From Dehalococcoidia bacterium (GTDB lineage Bacteria > Chloroflexota > Dehalococcoidia > UBA2979), in the NCBI GenBank assembly GCA_963692775.1, contig OY839116.1, positions 1,542,544 to 1,606,543 of the forward strand: a stretch of 64,000 nt of DNA, written 5' to 3'. This document shows, piece by piece, positions 50,735 to 62,000 of the stretch. Each line of letters opens with the position of its first letter. Within the stretch, counting starts at the first letter, position 1. The notes beneath the pieces were generated by a model. That model ran no database searches. It worked only from the letters and a program-made list of their open reading frames with translations, and was not told where the DNA came from. The position numbers and the translations under genes are program-made.

Positions 50735-52603
50735 CTAGCGGTCGGCGGGCCCGCCGCCTCCGCCGCGCGGCTCGAGCGCCTCGAGTTCGCTGGCGCGGCG
50801 GACCAGGTTGAGCAGGCGGATCGCGTCCTCGATGGTCAGCGGCGCGTCTCCCAGCCGCAGCGCCTCCTCGGAGAGCAGCGCGCGCGCGTCCTCGATCGTC
50901 GAGGGCGGCGGGTCGACCTGCTCCCCGGCCCCGCCCGCTGGCGAGCCGCCGGAGTCCGAGGGATCGTCCGAGGGCGGTCGCGCGCCGGGGGCGCCACCTT
51001 CCGACGTCGCCTCGGGCGTTGGTCCGCTCACCGGCTGTCCGCCGCCCTCACCGGTCTGGTCGCCGCCGTCGTCATCCTCCGGTTCGGGCGGCTGCTCGCC
51101 GGAGCCGCCCTCGCCGTCACCGCTCCCGTCGCCTTCGCCGCCGCCGCCCTCGGGTGGGGGCGGGTCCGCGGGTTCGGGCGTGAGCAGGCGCAGCACCAGT
51201 TCGAGGTTGTGCTTGGCGTCGCGGTCGGAGGGATCGCGGAGCAGCACGCTGATCCAGGCGTCGCGCGCGGCCTCCAGGTCGTTGCGGAGGAAGGCGTGGC
51301 TGCCGAGGGCGTAGGCGGCGCGGGTGAACAGCACGGGGTCGACGGCGGCGCTCATCGCCGTCGTCGAGGCGACCGTCGCCTCCTCGTAGCGGCCCAGGCG
51401 GTGCAGCGTGTTGCCGATGTTGTAGGGCGGCTGCGGGGCCTCGGGCGCCAGCGCCTCCGAGTCGCGATAGGAGGCGAGGGCGTCGTCGTAGCGCCCGGCG
51501 GCGTAGGCCTCGTGGCCGTCCTCGGTGGCGCTGTACTCGGGGCTGGCGCAGGCGGCGATCAGCGCGATCGCGGGCAGCGCCGCGGAGGCGAGGCTGAGCC
51601 GGCCGGCGCGCAGCCGCCGCCACCAGCCGCCGTCGGCGAGGAGCGCCTGCAGGAGCAGCAGCAGCAGCGCGCCGCCGAGGAACCACTGGAAGCGCTCGAT
51701 CGGGGCGCGGTTCGCGCCCTCGTCGAAGGCGGACTGGCGCAGCCGCTGGAACTCGACGGCGAGGCCCGGCAACTCGTCCAGCTCGCGCAGATCGCCGCCC
51801 GTGGCCTCGGCGACGCGCCGCAGCGTGGGCCGATCGGCGTGGCTCAGTTCGCCGCGCTGGATGGCGGCGCTGCCTCCTGCGTCCTCGTCGCCGCTCGGGC
51901 GCACCGCCATCGCGCCGCCGTCGGCGGTGCCGGCCGCGACGGTGAAGACGCGGACATCCCTGTCGGCGGCTGCCTCGAGGGCGTCGGCGAGGTCTTCGCC
52001 CTGATCCTCGCCGTCCGAGATCAGCACGATGACCTGCGTAGCGGCGGCGTCGTCGATGTCGAGCAGGCGCAGCGCGGCGGCGAGGGCCTCGCCGATGTCT
52101 GTGCCCGGCCGCACGAAGGCCGGCTCGTCCTGCGCGCGCGCGACCAGCTGGCGCGCGGCGCTCAGGTCGAGCGTGAGCGGGGAGCGCTCGAAGGCGTCGC
52201 CGGCGAAGCTGACGAGGCCGACGCGGTCGCCCCGCAGGTGATTGAACAGCTCGTCGATCGCGGCGGCGGCGGCCTCGGCGCGGGAGGGCTCGACGTCGTT
52301 CGCCGTCATCGAGCGCGAGATGTCGAGGGCGATCGCGATGTCGATGCCGAGCCGGGTGAGCGGGCGCTCTTCCGCGCCCCACTGCGGTCGCGCGATTGCG
52401 ATCACCGCCAGCACGATCGCGCCGAGCAGCAGGAGCTCCCGCAGCGGACGCCGCCAGTCGGCGCGTCCGCGGCGCAGCAACGGGGCCCCGCCGAAGGCGT
52501 CGTCCGCCTCGCGCCGGCGCCGCGCGGCGTACGAGCCCGCGTACAGCACCGGCAGCGCGATCACGAGCCAGAGCAGTCCCAGCGGGTCGGCGAGCGCGAT
52601 CAC
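50735..52603 (-). CDS. vWA plus TPR domain protein (BatB-like)
   Basis: N-terminal TM pair, vWA MIDAS DISRSM, then TPR-like repeats and an acidic tail. Confidence 0.7.
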   Translation of the reverse strand: MIALADPLGLLWLVIALPVLYAGSYAARRRREADDAFGGAPLLRRGRADWRRPLRELLLLGAIVLAVIAIARPQWGAEERPLTRLGIDIAIALDISRSMTANDVEPSRAEAAAAAIDELFNHLRGDRVGLVSFAGDAFERSPLTLDLSAARQLVARAQDEPAFVRPGTDIGEALAAALRLLDIDDAAATQVIVLISDGEDQGEDLADALEAAADRDVRVFTVAAGTADGGAMAVRPSGDEDAGGSAAIQRGELSHADRPTLRRVAEATGGDLRELDELPGLAVEFQRLRQSAFDEGANRAPIERFQWFLGGALLLLLLQALLADGGWWRRLRAGRLSLASAALPAIALIAACASPEYSATEDGHEAYAAGRYDDALASYRDSEALAPEAPQPPYNIGNTLHRLGRYEEATVASTTAMSAAVDPVLFTRAAYALGSHAFLRNDLEAARDAWISVLLRDPSDRDAKHNLELVLRLLTPEPADPPPPEGGGGEGDGSGDGEGGSGEQPPEPEDDDGGDQTGEGGGQPVSGPTPEATSEGGAPGARPPSDDPSDSGGSPAGGAGEQVDPPPSTIEDARALLSEEALRLGDAPLTIEDAIRLLNLVRRASELEALEPRGGGGGPADR

Positions 52604-53550
52604 GGGTACCTCCGGAATGCGGTGGCCCGCAGTGCGGTCTCGGCCGCCAGCAGCAGCAGCGCCGCGGCCGCGAGCAGCGGCCCGTACTCCTGGAACTCGG
52701 TGAAGCGGCGCTCGCCGACGCGACTGCGTTCGAGCCGGCGAACCTCGCGATACGCCTCGGAGAGCTCGTCCCGCGTGGCGGCGTCGAAGTATCCGGCGCC
52801 GGTGACGGCGGCGATCTGTTGCAGCAGCCGCACGTCCACGTCGCTGCCGCCGCGGGCGGCGCCGTGCAGGCCGATGGTGTAGACGCGGATGTCGAGCGAT
52901 TCCGCGACGCGCGCCGCCTGCATCGGCGGCACCTCGCCCTGGTTGTTCTCGCCGTCGGTCAGCAGCACGACGATGCGGCTGCGCGCGGGCGACTCGCGGA
53001 GCAGGTTGAGCGCCTCGGCGATGCCGAGGCCGATCGCCGTGCCGTCCGCGATCAGCCCGGACTCGGCCGCGTCGACCTGCCGCGTGAGCGCGGCGTGGTC
53101 CAGGGTGAGCGGCGAGAGCAGGATGGCGCGCGACTGGAACGCCACGAGGCCGATCCGATCGCCCTCGAGACTCTCGATGAACTCGCCGATCACCTCCTGC
53201 GCCGCCTCCAGCTTGGAGGGCGCGTTCCGGCCCGGCTCGGCGAGCTGGCCCATCGAGCCGGAGACATCGAGGGCGACGACGATGTCGATGCCGTCCTCGG
53301 GCAACGTGGTGAGGGCGAGGCCGCGCTGGGGGCGGGCGATGGCGAGGATCAGCAGGGCGATGGCGGCGACGCGCAGCAGCCAGGGCAGCCAGCGCAGCCG
53401 CAGCCGCCAGCTTGGCGCCGCCGCCTCACGCAGCGGACCGAGGTCGGCGACGGCGAGCCGCGGGCGGCGCGGCCGCAGCAGCGCTCGCGCCAGCAGCAGC
53501 GCGGCGGCGGCCGGCAGCAGCAGCAACAGCCAGGGGGTCGCGAAACTCAC
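52600..53550 (-). CDS. vWA domain protein (BatA-like)
   Basis: TM, vWA MIDAS DVSGSM, VLLTDGENN; GTG start overlapping the upstream stop. Confidence 0.75.
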   Translation of the reverse strand: MSFATPWLLLLLPAAAALLLARALLRPRRPRLAVADLGPLREAAAPSWRLRLRWLPWLLRVAAIALLILAIARPQRGLALTTLPEDGIDIVVALDVSGSMGQLAEPGRNAPSKLEAAQEVIGEFIESLEGDRIGLVAFQSRAILLSPLTLDHAALTRQVDAAESGLIADGTAIGLGIAEALNLLRESPARSRIVVLLTDGENNQGEVPPMQAARVAESLDIRVYTIGLHGAARGGSDVDVRLLQQIAAVTGAGYFDAATRDELSEAYREVRRLERSRVGERRFTEFQEYGPLLAAAALLLLAAETALRATAFRRYP

Positions 53551-54560
53551 GGCCGCCTCGTTGCCGGGCCGGGCCCGCCGTAGGCTCCGGCGGGGGCCGG
53601 CGGGCGGGTGCGCGAAAGGTCGATGACCTCGAAGGCCACGGTCAGGTCATGGTCGGCCGAGCCGGGATCGGGGTGGCGGCCCGCGTAGACGGCGGCGTCG
53701 CAGCGGTCGAGCAGCCCGCCGGCGAGTCGCGCCTGCCAGCGGTCGACCCCGTGGCCGCCCATCGAGCGGTCCAGCTCCGGCGTCGTGAGCGCCGAGGCGT
53801 TGAACTCGAAGCGAGCCTCCAGGTAGTCGCGGAGCACGACCGAGAGCGTGCCGTAGAAGCGCTCGTAGTCTCCGGCGGCGAGCGCGCCGCTGTGAGCCAG
53901 CTCCTCGAGCCGCCGCCGGGCGGCGGTCTCCGGCACGAGCTCGTAGTGCTCGGCCGGTGGCGCGGGCGCCGGAGTGCGTCGCCGCAGCCAGGCCAGCGCG
54001 AGCGCGGCGATCAGGGCGAGCGCGAGCACGGCGCCGGCGGCGATCGCGGGCCGCAGCCAGCCCGGGGGCGGCTCGCCGAACGCCGCCTGCGGCTTCAGCG
54101 GGCGCAGCGCGCCGGAGTCGTCGAGGAGCGCGCTCGCGACCTCGAAGGTCGGCGGGATCGCCTGCACCTCGCCGGAGCTGCCGTCCTGGCGCAGCCAGAA
54201 GACGCGCAGCAGGCCGGGATCCCGCACGCCCAGCGCGAACGCCGCGACGGTGAACGCGACCTCGGTGCGCAGGGAGCCGTCGGGCAGCGTGATCGTCTGC
54301 GCGGGGCTCGTCTCGATCAGCTGGAGCGCGTCTCCGCGGGAGGGCGGCTCGGCGGTGATCAACAGCGCCTCGGTGTGCGTGGCGATCACGGTGATCCGCA
54401 CCCGGTCGCCGAGGGTGACGACCGGCGGCGTGACGTCGACGCGCAGCCGCAGCGGCGCGGCCTCCTGCGCCGCGGCCGGCGCCGCGCCGCCCGCCCCGAG
54501 GATCGCGAGCGCGGCCAGCGCCAGCGCGCCGAGCGCGGCGGCCAGCGACGCGCGCGTCAC
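53547..54560 (-). CDS. hypothetical membrane protein (BatD/DUF4381-like) of the MoxR-vWA operon
   Basis: Signal peptide, beta-rich ectodomain, single TM, cytoplasmic region YLEARFEFNASALTTPELDRS resembling DUF4381; GTGA overlap at both ends. Confidence 0.45.
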   Translation of the reverse strand: MTRASLAAALGALALAALAILGAGGAAPAAAQEAAPLRLRVDVTPPVVTLGDRVRITVIATHTEALLITAEPPSRGDALQLIETSPAQTITLPDGSLRTEVAFTVAAFALGVRDPGLLRVFWLRQDGSSGEVQAIPPTFEVASALLDDSGALRPLKPQAAFGEPPPGWLRPAIAAGAVLALALIAALALAWLRRRTPAPAPPAEHYELVPETAARRRLEELAHSGALAAGDYERFYGTLSVVLRDYLEARFEFNASALTTPELDRSMGGHGVDRWQARLAGGLLDRCDAAVYAGRHPDPGSADHDLTVAFEVIDLSRTRPPAPAGAYGGPGPATRRP

Positions 54561-55555
54561 GAGCGGCGGCTCCGGCGGCGGAAGAACTCGAGGACCGGTT
54601 CGGCGGCGTCCGAGTCGGTGCGCACGACCAGCTCCTCGACGCCGGCGCGGCGGAGGATGGCGCTCCGCTCCTCGCGGCGCCCGGCGGCGACCTCCGCATA
54701 GCGGCGGCGCAATCCCTCGTCCGAGCTGTCGAGCAGCAGCCTCCCGCCGCGCTCGATGTCCTCGGCCTCGACGATGCCGGCCTCCGGCAGCGCCTCGTCG
54801 AGCGGGTCGACGATCACGACGGCGATCACCTCGTGGCGGCGCGCGAGGTCGCGCAGCGGGCGCTCGTACCCGTCGTCGATGAAGTCCGAGATCAGGAACA
54901 CGGTGGAGCGGCGGCGCAGCACGCGGACCAGGTAGTCGCAACCGGCGGCGATCGAGGTGGTCGCGTTCGGCTGACCGGGGGCCAGCACCTCGCGTACCAG
55001 GCGCATCGCGTGGCGCGCGCCCTTGGCGGGCGGGACGTAGCGCTCGACGCGGTCGCTGAACGTGAGCAGGCCGGTGCGATCGTGGCTGTAGGCCGCGGCG
55101 AGGGTGACGAGCGTGCAGACCTCGGCGGCGGCGGCGCGGCGACCCTGCGCCGGCCGCCCGGCGAGTTGCGAGGCGGAGACGTCGACGGCGCAGACGAGGT
55201 GCAGCTCGCGCTCCTCGACGTACTCCTTGACCCAGGGCGCGCCCATGCGCGCGGTGACGTTCCAGTCGATGCGCCGCACGTCGTCGCCGGGGACGTACTC
55301 GCGCGCCTCGGCGAACTCGATGCCGGCGCCGCGGAAGACGCTGCGGTACTCGCCGCCGAGCTCGCCGCTGACGAGGCGGCGCGCGCGGATTTCGAGGCGC
55401 CGCACGGAGGCGAGCAGCCGCGGCGAGAGGGCCGGCGGGGTGTTCGCCGCGCCGCCATCCGGGCGCTCGCCCGGGCGCTCGTCCGGGCGCTGATCGCCGC
55501 GGTCCCGGGGCCCCCTCGCCCCGCCGCGCAGCAGGCCGAGCAGGCGCGCGCGCAC
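54557..55555 (-). CDS. DUF58 domain protein
   Basis: EYVPGDDVRRIDWNVTARMGAPWVKEYVEE DUF58 core; GTG start. Confidence 0.75.
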   Translation of the reverse strand: MRARLLGLLRGGARGPRDRGDQRPDERPGERPDGGAANTPPALSPRLLASVRRLEIRARRLVSGELGGEYRSVFRGAGIEFAEAREYVPGDDVRRIDWNVTARMGAPWVKEYVEERELHLVCAVDVSASQLAGRPAQGRRAAAAEVCTLVTLAAAYSHDRTGLLTFSDRVERYVPPAKGARHAMRLVREVLAPGQPNATTSIAAGCDYLVRVLRRRSTVFLISDFIDDGYERPLRDLARRHEVIAVVIVDPLDEALPEAGIVEAEDIERGGRLLLDSSDEGLRRRYAEVAAGRREERSAILRRAGVEELVVRTDSDAAEPVLEFFRRRSRRS

Positions 55556-55557
55556 GC

Positions 55558-56571
55558 TCAGGGAATCCCGACGCCGGCCAGCAGCCGTTCGACGATCTGG
55601 TCCGGGCTGACGCCGCGCGCCTCGGCCTCGTAGGTGAGCACCAGGCGATGGCGGAGCACGTCGGGCGCCAGGTCCTTCACGTCCTCGGGCAGGGCGTAGC
55701 CGCGTCCGCGGATGCGGGCGAGGCTGCGCACGGCCTGCGCCAGCATCGCGCCGGCGCGAGGCGAGGCGCCGTACTCGATCAGCGGCTCCAGCTCGTCGAG
55801 CTGGTAGCGCGCGGGCTCCCGCGTCGCCTCCAGCAAGCGCACGATGTACTCGCGGATGCGCTCGTTCACCTCGACACGCCGGGTCTCGAGGACGAGCGCC
55901 TCGATGTCCCGTTGGCCGGCGGCCGGCTCCACGTCGACCTCGTCCTGATCGAGCGCGCGCCTGATGATGCTGCGTTCGGAGTCCCGGTCGGGGTAGTCGA
56001 CGAGGATCTTGAGCATGAAGCGGTCGAGTTGCGCCTCGGGCAGCGGGTAGGTGCCCTCGTGCTCGATCGGGTTCTGGGTGGCGAGGACGAAGAACGGGTC
56101 GGGCAGCGGATGGCTGGCGCCGCCGATCGTGACCTGGCGCTCCTGCATCGCCTCGAGCAGCGCGGACTGCACCTTCGCGGGCGCGCGGTTGATCTCGTCG
56201 GCGAGGATCACGTTCGCGAAGAGCGGGCCGCGGCGCAGCCGGAACTGGCCGTCGGACTGCTGGAAGACGAGCGTGCCGGTGATGTCGGCGGGCAGCAGGT
56301 CCGGCGTGAACTGGATGCGCGAGAAGGAGAGCTTCAGCGTGCGCGCCAGCGTCGAGACCGTGAGTGTCTTGGCGAGGCCCGGCGCGCCCTCGATCAGCGC
56401 GTGCTGACCGGTCAGCAGGGCGACGAGCAGCCGCTCGATCAGCTGGTCCTGGCCGACGATCACGCGCCCGATCTCGCCCCTGACGTTGGCGATCACGGTC
56501 TGCGTGCGGGACGACACCGCCTCGCCGGACGGTTGCGGCGCCTCCGCCTCCGAGGGTTGCTGCTGCGCCAT
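55558..56571 (-). CDS. MoxR-family AAA+ ATPase
   Basis: Walker A IEGAPGLAKT, Walker B ILADEINRA. Confidence 0.85.
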   Translation of the reverse strand: MAQQQPSEAEAPQPSGEAVSSRTQTVIANVRGEIGRVIVGQDQLIERLLVALLTGQHALIEGAPGLAKTLTVSTLARTLKLSFSRIQFTPDLLPADITGTLVFQQSDGQFRLRRGPLFANVILADEINRAPAKVQSALLEAMQERQVTIGGASHPLPDPFFVLATQNPIEHEGTYPLPEAQLDRFMLKILVDYPDRDSERSIIRRALDQDEVDVEPAAGQRDIEALVLETRRVEVNERIREYIVRLLEATREPARYQLDELEPLIEYGASPRAGAMLAQAVRSLARIRGRGYALPEDVKDLAPDVLRHRLVLTYEAEARGVSPDQIVERLLAGVGIP

Positions 56572-56658
56572 CGCGATCCGTCTCGAACGGGCGGGGAGGG
56601 CTGGAACCCAGTCTAACTGCTCAGGCCATCAGGGGCGCGCCGGGAGCGGCGCGGCGGA

Positions 56659-58686
56659 TCAGGAGTGGCCCTCGAAGGTGGCGCGCACCTCGGCGACGGA
56701 GTCGGCGGCGGCGATGATCGTGACGCGGTCACCCTCGGTGAGCTGCGTGTGGCCGCGCGGGATCAGCGTGGCGCCCTCGTGGCGGACGGCGACGATCACG
56801 GCGTCTTCGGTGAGATCGACGTCGGAGAGCATCTTGCCGTCGAGCCCGCTCTCGGGCGAGACGCGCAGCTCGAGGTAGCGCACGTTGTCGCTGCGCCGCA
56901 CGGGCCGCAGGCGCCGGCGGCGGGCGCGCGAGGCGCGGCGGTCCACGGCCTCGGCGTAGGCGCGCGTGACGTCGACGCGCCGCAGCAATCCGGCGGGGCG
57001 CCACGGGTCGTCCGCCTCGACCACGGGCAGCGCGCGCACGTCCCGGGAGGCGAAGAGGTTGAGCGCTTCCTGCAGGGTCTGGTCCGGGTGGATCGTGCGC
57101 AGGTGCGTCGAGCAGATATCGGCGGCCGTGGCGTGCTGCTCGCCGTGGGCGAGCGCGTCGCCGATGTCGGCCCCGGTGAGGATGCCGTAGATCTCGCCGT
57201 TCTCCCGCACCACGAGGGCGATCGGATCGGGGTCGCCCTCGAACGCGAGCGTGATCTGGTCGAGGGTGGCGTCGGGGCCGAAGGCCTCCATCATCGGCGA
57301 CATCGCATCGGAGACGCGCAGCTGCGCCATCACGTCCGAGGGCTCCACGTCCTCCTCGATCGCGACACCGAGGCGCTCCGCCTTGATCGAGTAGATCGTG
57401 CCGCGGCTGAGCAGCTGGGAGACGACGGTGGCGATCGTGATCGAGATCAGCAGCGGCACCATCAGGCCGAAGTCGTCCGTCATCTCCACCAGGATCAGGG
57501 TCGAGGTGATCGGGGCGCGCGAGGCGGCGGCGAACACGGCGGCCATCCCCACGGTGGCGTACGTCCCGGAGTCGTCGACGATGTCGGGAAGCAGGTAGAC
57601 CGCGGCCTCCTCGAAGACGCCGCCGGTCATCGCGCCGATGAAGAGCGCGGGGAAGAAGACGCCGCCGCTGCCTCCGCTGCCGGCGCTGATCGAGGTCGCC
57701 GCCATCTTGAGCAGCAGCAGGGCCAGCATGACGCCGACCACTCCCTGGCCGGTGAGCGCCTCGTCGCGGGCGACCTCGCGGATGCCGAGGATGCTCCCGT
57801 CGTACAGGGCGAGCGCGCCGACGATGGCGCCGCCGGCCGCCGGCAGCAGCCAGCCGGGGATGCCGGAGAGGCGTGCGACGCCGTCCTCGGTCCAGTAGAA
57901 GACGCGGATGAAGGCGACGCCGACGAGCCCGCACAGCACGCCGAGCACGGCGTAGAGCGGGGCCTCCTCGATGCTCGTGAGGTGCTGGTGGGTCGGGACG
58001 GGGATCGCGAGTTCGTCGCCGCGCAACGCGATCGCGGTGACCGTGGCGACGATCGAGGCGAGCACGACGACGCTGAAGTTGCGCGTGCTGAAGCGCCGCA
58101 GCAGCACCTCGAGCGCGAAGAAGACGCCGGCGATCGGCGCATTGAAGACGCCGGCGACCCCGCCGGCCGCGCCCGCCGCCGCGAGCAGCCGCATCGTCTG
58201 CTCGTTGAGCAGCAGGATGCGCCCGGCGAGGGAGCCGAACGCCGCGCCGATGAAGACGACCGGCCCCTGCCGGCCGACCGCGCCGCCGGAGCCGATGGTG
58301 ATGGTCGCCGCGGCGATCTTCGCGACCGCGTCGCTGGCGGGCAGCCGTCCGCCGCGCGAGTCCAGCGCCGCCATCACCTCGGGGATCGAGTGGCCGCGCG
58401 CCCCCGGCGCGAGGAGGTAGGTGATCGGGCCGACGAGCAGCCCGCCGATCGCGGGGATCAGGATCAGGCGCGCGTTGGGCAGCCCGCCCAGCCACTCGTC
58501 CTTGAGGATGTCGAAGAAGAAGCGGTCGCTCAGCTCGACGAGGATCGAGAAGCCGACGGCGGCAAGCCCGGCGCCGAGCCCGACGACGGCCGCGAGTACC
58601 ATCGGCCCCGCGCGAGGCGAGCGCTCGATCCGGCGGGTCAGGATCTCGCGGAACCGGAGCGCCGACCGCTGCGCCGTGGGGGTCAT
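56659..58686 (-). CDS. ClC-family chloride channel with CBS pair and TrkA-C domain
   Basis: ClC selectivity motifs GSGIP-like (GHSIPEV), GREGP-like (GRQGPVV), GxFxP (GVFFPAL); C-terminal CBS pair and TrkA-C; ATG at 58686. Confidence 0.8.
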   Translation of the reverse strand: MTPTAQRSALRFREILTRRIERSPRAGPMVLAAVVGLGAGLAAVGFSILVELSDRFFFDILKDEWLGGLPNARLILIPAIGGLLVGPITYLLAPGARGHSIPEVMAALDSRGGRLPASDAVAKIAAATITIGSGGAVGRQGPVVFIGAAFGSLAGRILLLNEQTMRLLAAAGAAGGVAGVFNAPIAGVFFALEVLLRRFSTRNFSVVVLASIVATVTAIALRGDELAIPVPTHQHLTSIEEAPLYAVLGVLCGLVGVAFIRVFYWTEDGVARLSGIPGWLLPAAGGAIVGALALYDGSILGIREVARDEALTGQGVVGVMLALLLLKMAATSISAGSGGSGGVFFPALFIGAMTGGVFEEAAVYLLPDIVDDSGTYATVGMAAVFAAASRAPITSTLILVEMTDDFGLMVPLLISITIATVVSQLLSRGTIYSIKAERLGVAIEEDVEPSDVMAQLRVSDAMSPMMEAFGPDATLDQITLAFEGDPDPIALVVRENGEIYGILTGADIGDALAHGEQHATAADICSTHLRTIHPDQTLQEALNLFASRDVRALPVVEADDPWRPAGLLRRVDVTRAYAEAVDRRASRARRRRLRPVRRSDNVRYLELRVSPESGLDGKMLSDVDLTEDAVIVAVRHEGATLIPRGHTQLTEGDRVTIIAAADSVAEVRATFEGHS

Positions 58687-58754
58687 GCGTAGCACGAGCC
58701 CGATAGTAGCGCCGGACTCGCGCAAGCGCTGGCGCGGCCGGCGGAAGGGACGAA

Positions 58755-59062
58755 CGATGATGAGTGGGCGCGCCGAACTGGAGGCCGACCTCGCGGCGCT
58801 GCTTGCGATCGTGGCGGAGCCGCCGCAGCGCTGGAGGGTCGCCAACGTCCGGCGATCGGACAGCAGCGCGTCGATCTACGTCACGCTGCGCCTCAGGCGC
58901 GCGCCCCGCGTGAGCGAACGGCGCGTGATCCGCGTCTCCGATCACCCGCGGTCCGAGCGCGACGCGATGGTCGATCTCGACATCGGCGCGCACCGGGACG
59001 GGATCGGCCACCTCGGCGAGGCGGATCTCCGCGCGTTCCTGCGAGACTGGCTTGCGGAGTGA
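58755..59062 (+). CDS. hypothetical protein (102 aa)
   Basis: ATGATG start after GGAAGGGA RBS, high GC3 bias; no known motif. Confidence 0.45.
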
Positions 59063-59084
59063 CGCGCGGGCGGATGGCGGGCTG

Positions 59085-62000
59085 CTAGATCGCCTCTGCC
59101 GTGGCGAGCGCCTCGGACTGCGCGTCGCCCGCCCGCGCCGCGCTGCCGAGCACGCCGAGCAGCGGCTTGAGTTCGGGCAGCAGCGCCTCGATGTCGGCGA
59201 CGGGAGGCAGGCGCAGGCGTTCGCTGCGGCCGTCTTGCGCCTGCAACTCGATCTCCACCGGCTGCGCGCCGGGGTGGGCCTCGAGGAGCTGCACGATCTT
59301 GCCGAGGCGGCGGCGGTCCGCGCCGCTGTCCGTGGTCTCCTCGATCAGGATCCAGAGCCGCTGCGGGCCGTCCGGCGGCGGACCGGGGCGCGGTCGCCGT
59401 CCGCCCGGCGCGCCGTTGCGCCGGGCGCCGTTCGCGGCGGCAGCCGGGCCGTGCGCCCCGTTGCCGCCTGGCTGGGCCGCGGCCGGGGCGCCGTGCCCGT
59501 TCCCGTTCGCGGCTGCCTCCGGGATCGGCGGCACCGCCTCCAGGTGGGGCGCCGCGCCGTTGCCGTTGGCGGCGGCGCGGTCCGCGCCGCGCTGCTGGCG
59601 GCGGCCTCGCGAGGGCGTGAACCGGGCGGGATCGAAGTTCAGCGGCTTGCCCTTCTCCGGGTCGTACGGGGCGAGTTCGGCGACGGCGAGCGTGAGACGG
59701 TCGCCGCGCTCCCGCACCTCCACCTTCGCGAGCAGCACGTTGCCGTGCACCAGCAGCGCCTGGTGCTGCTCGTAGGAGTCGGGCCAGACCGTCAGCTCCG
59801 CCGTGCCGCTGAGATCCTCGACGGTGACGGCGGCGAAGGCCTTGCCCTGGCGCGTCGTCAGCCTGCGGACGCCCGTGACCATCCCGGCCACGACCGCCTC
59901 GAGGCCCGCCAGCTCCGCCGTCAGCTCCGGCGTCTGGTGCGTGACGTGCTCCGCGAGACGCTGCGCCCCCTCCCGGAACGGGTGCGCCGAGACGTAGGCG
60001 CCGAGCAGCTCGCGCTCCCAGCCGAGCAGCTCGCGCTGCGGCGTCGCGACCGCCTCGAGCTCCAGCGCGGGCAGCGGCGTGTCCACCTCGTCGCCGAACA
60101 GGTCGAACATCGAGGTCTGGCCGGTGTCGCGCTGGCGCTGCGCCTCCTGCGCGACCGTGAGGATGCGGTCCACGCCGTAGACGATCGCGGAGCGGTCCAC
60201 GCCGTCTGAGCCGAGGCGGTCGAGCGCGCCCGCCTTGGCGAGCGATTCGAGCACCCGGCGGTTGCAGTCGCGCGCGTTGACGCGCCGCGCGAAGTCCTCG
60301 ATCGAGCCGAACGGGCCGTCCTTCTCGCGCTCGGCGACCAGGCCCTCGACGGCGGCCGCGCCGACGTTCTTGATCTGCGCCATGCCGAAGCGGATCGCCG
60401 GCTCCTCGCCGCTGGCCGGGTCGCCGAGGCGCTCGATCGCGAAGTTGACCCCGGAGCGGTTGACGTCCGGCGGCAGGACGGAGATGCCGAGGCGCAGGCA
60501 CTCCGCGATCGCGGCGGCGATGCGCTCCTGCGCCCCCGTGGGGTGCGCGCCCGCGGCCATCAGCACGGCGGTCATGAACTGCACCGGGTAGTGCGCCTTC
60601 AGCCAGGCCGTGCGGTAGGCGATCACGCCGTAGGAGAAGGCGTGCGCCTTGTTGAAGGCGTAGCCGGCGAACGGCTCGATCAGGTCGAAGAGCTGCTCGG
60701 CGAGGCGGCGGTCGTGGCCGTTGGCCAGCGCGCCCTCGATGAAGCTGTCGCGCTCGGCGAGCATCACCTCGGGGATCTTCTTGCCCATCGCCTTGCGCAT
60801 CACGTCGGCGTGGCCGAGCGAGTAGCCGGCGAAGGTGCGCGCGATCTCCAGCACCTGGTCCTGGTAGGTGATCACCCCGTACGTCTCGTCGAGCACGCCC
60901 GCGAGGTTCTCGTGCGGGTAGTGCGGCGCGGCGCGGCCGTGCTTGACATCGACGTAGCGCTGGATGTGCTCCATCGGGCCGGGGCGGTAGAGCGCGATCA
61001 TCGCCGCCAGCTCGCGGATGTCGCGCGGCTGCAGCTCCGTCACCCAGCGCCGCATCCCGCCGCCCTCGAGCTGGAAGACGCCGAACGTGCGGCCCTCGCG
61101 CAACAGGTCCGCCGTCGCCTCGTCCCCGTCGGGGATCGACTCGAGGTCGAGCGGCTCGCCGAGGTGCTCGCCGATCAGGTCGGCGGCGCGGCCGAGGATC
61201 GTGAGGTTCGCCAGCCCGAGGAAGTCGAGCTTGAGCAGCCCGATCTTCGCGACGTCGTTCATGTCGAACTGCGTCGTCGGCAGCGGCTGCTCGTCGTCCT
61301 CGCGCGCGGAGGTGGCGCGCTGCAACGGCGCGACGTCGACGAGCGGCTCGCGCGAGATCACGATGCCGGCGGCGTGCGTGCTCGCGTGGCGGGCGACGCC
61401 CTCGAGGCTGCGCGCCGTGTCCAGCAGCTCGGCGACGGCCTGGTCCTCCTCGGTCGCGCGGCGCAGGTCCTCGACCTCGTTGAGCGCCTGGTCGAGGGTG
61501 ATGCCGAGCGAGTTCGGCACGAGCCGGGCGACGCGGTCGACCTCGCCGTAGGACATGCCGAGGGCGCGACCGCTGTCGCGGATCGCGGCCTTTGCGCCGA
61601 GCGTCCCGAAGGTGACGATCTGCGCGACGCGGTCGCGGCCGTAGCGCTCGGCGGCGTAGCGGATCACCTCCTCGCGGCGGTCGTCGGCGAAGTCGAAGTC
61701 GACGTCCGGCATCTCGCGCCGCTCGGGGTTGAGGAAGCGCTCGAAGACGAGCCGGTACTGTGTCGGCTCGATGTCGGTGACGTCCAGGCAGTAGAGGACG
61801 ATCGAGGCCGCGGCCGAGCCGCGCACGCCCATCGGGATGCGCTGCTCGCGGGCGAAGCGGGCGATGTCGCGCACGATCAGGATGTACTCGGCGAACCCGG
61901 TCTCCGCGATCACCTCGAGCTCGTAGCGCAGCCGCTCGCGCTGCTCCTCGCCGGGGTCGCGGTAGCGCCGCTCGAGGCCCTCCTCGCAGAGCTGCCGGAG

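Noticed and set aside
59085-59650. The DnaE C-terminal about 190 aa (NG/Ala-rich stretch plus a roughly 90-aa domain) as a possible gene fusion or intein
   Set aside because: Position and size match the normal Pol III alpha C-terminal (tau-binding-like) domain separated by a lineage-specific low-complexity linker. No intein splice motifs or homing-endonuclease motifs were seen.
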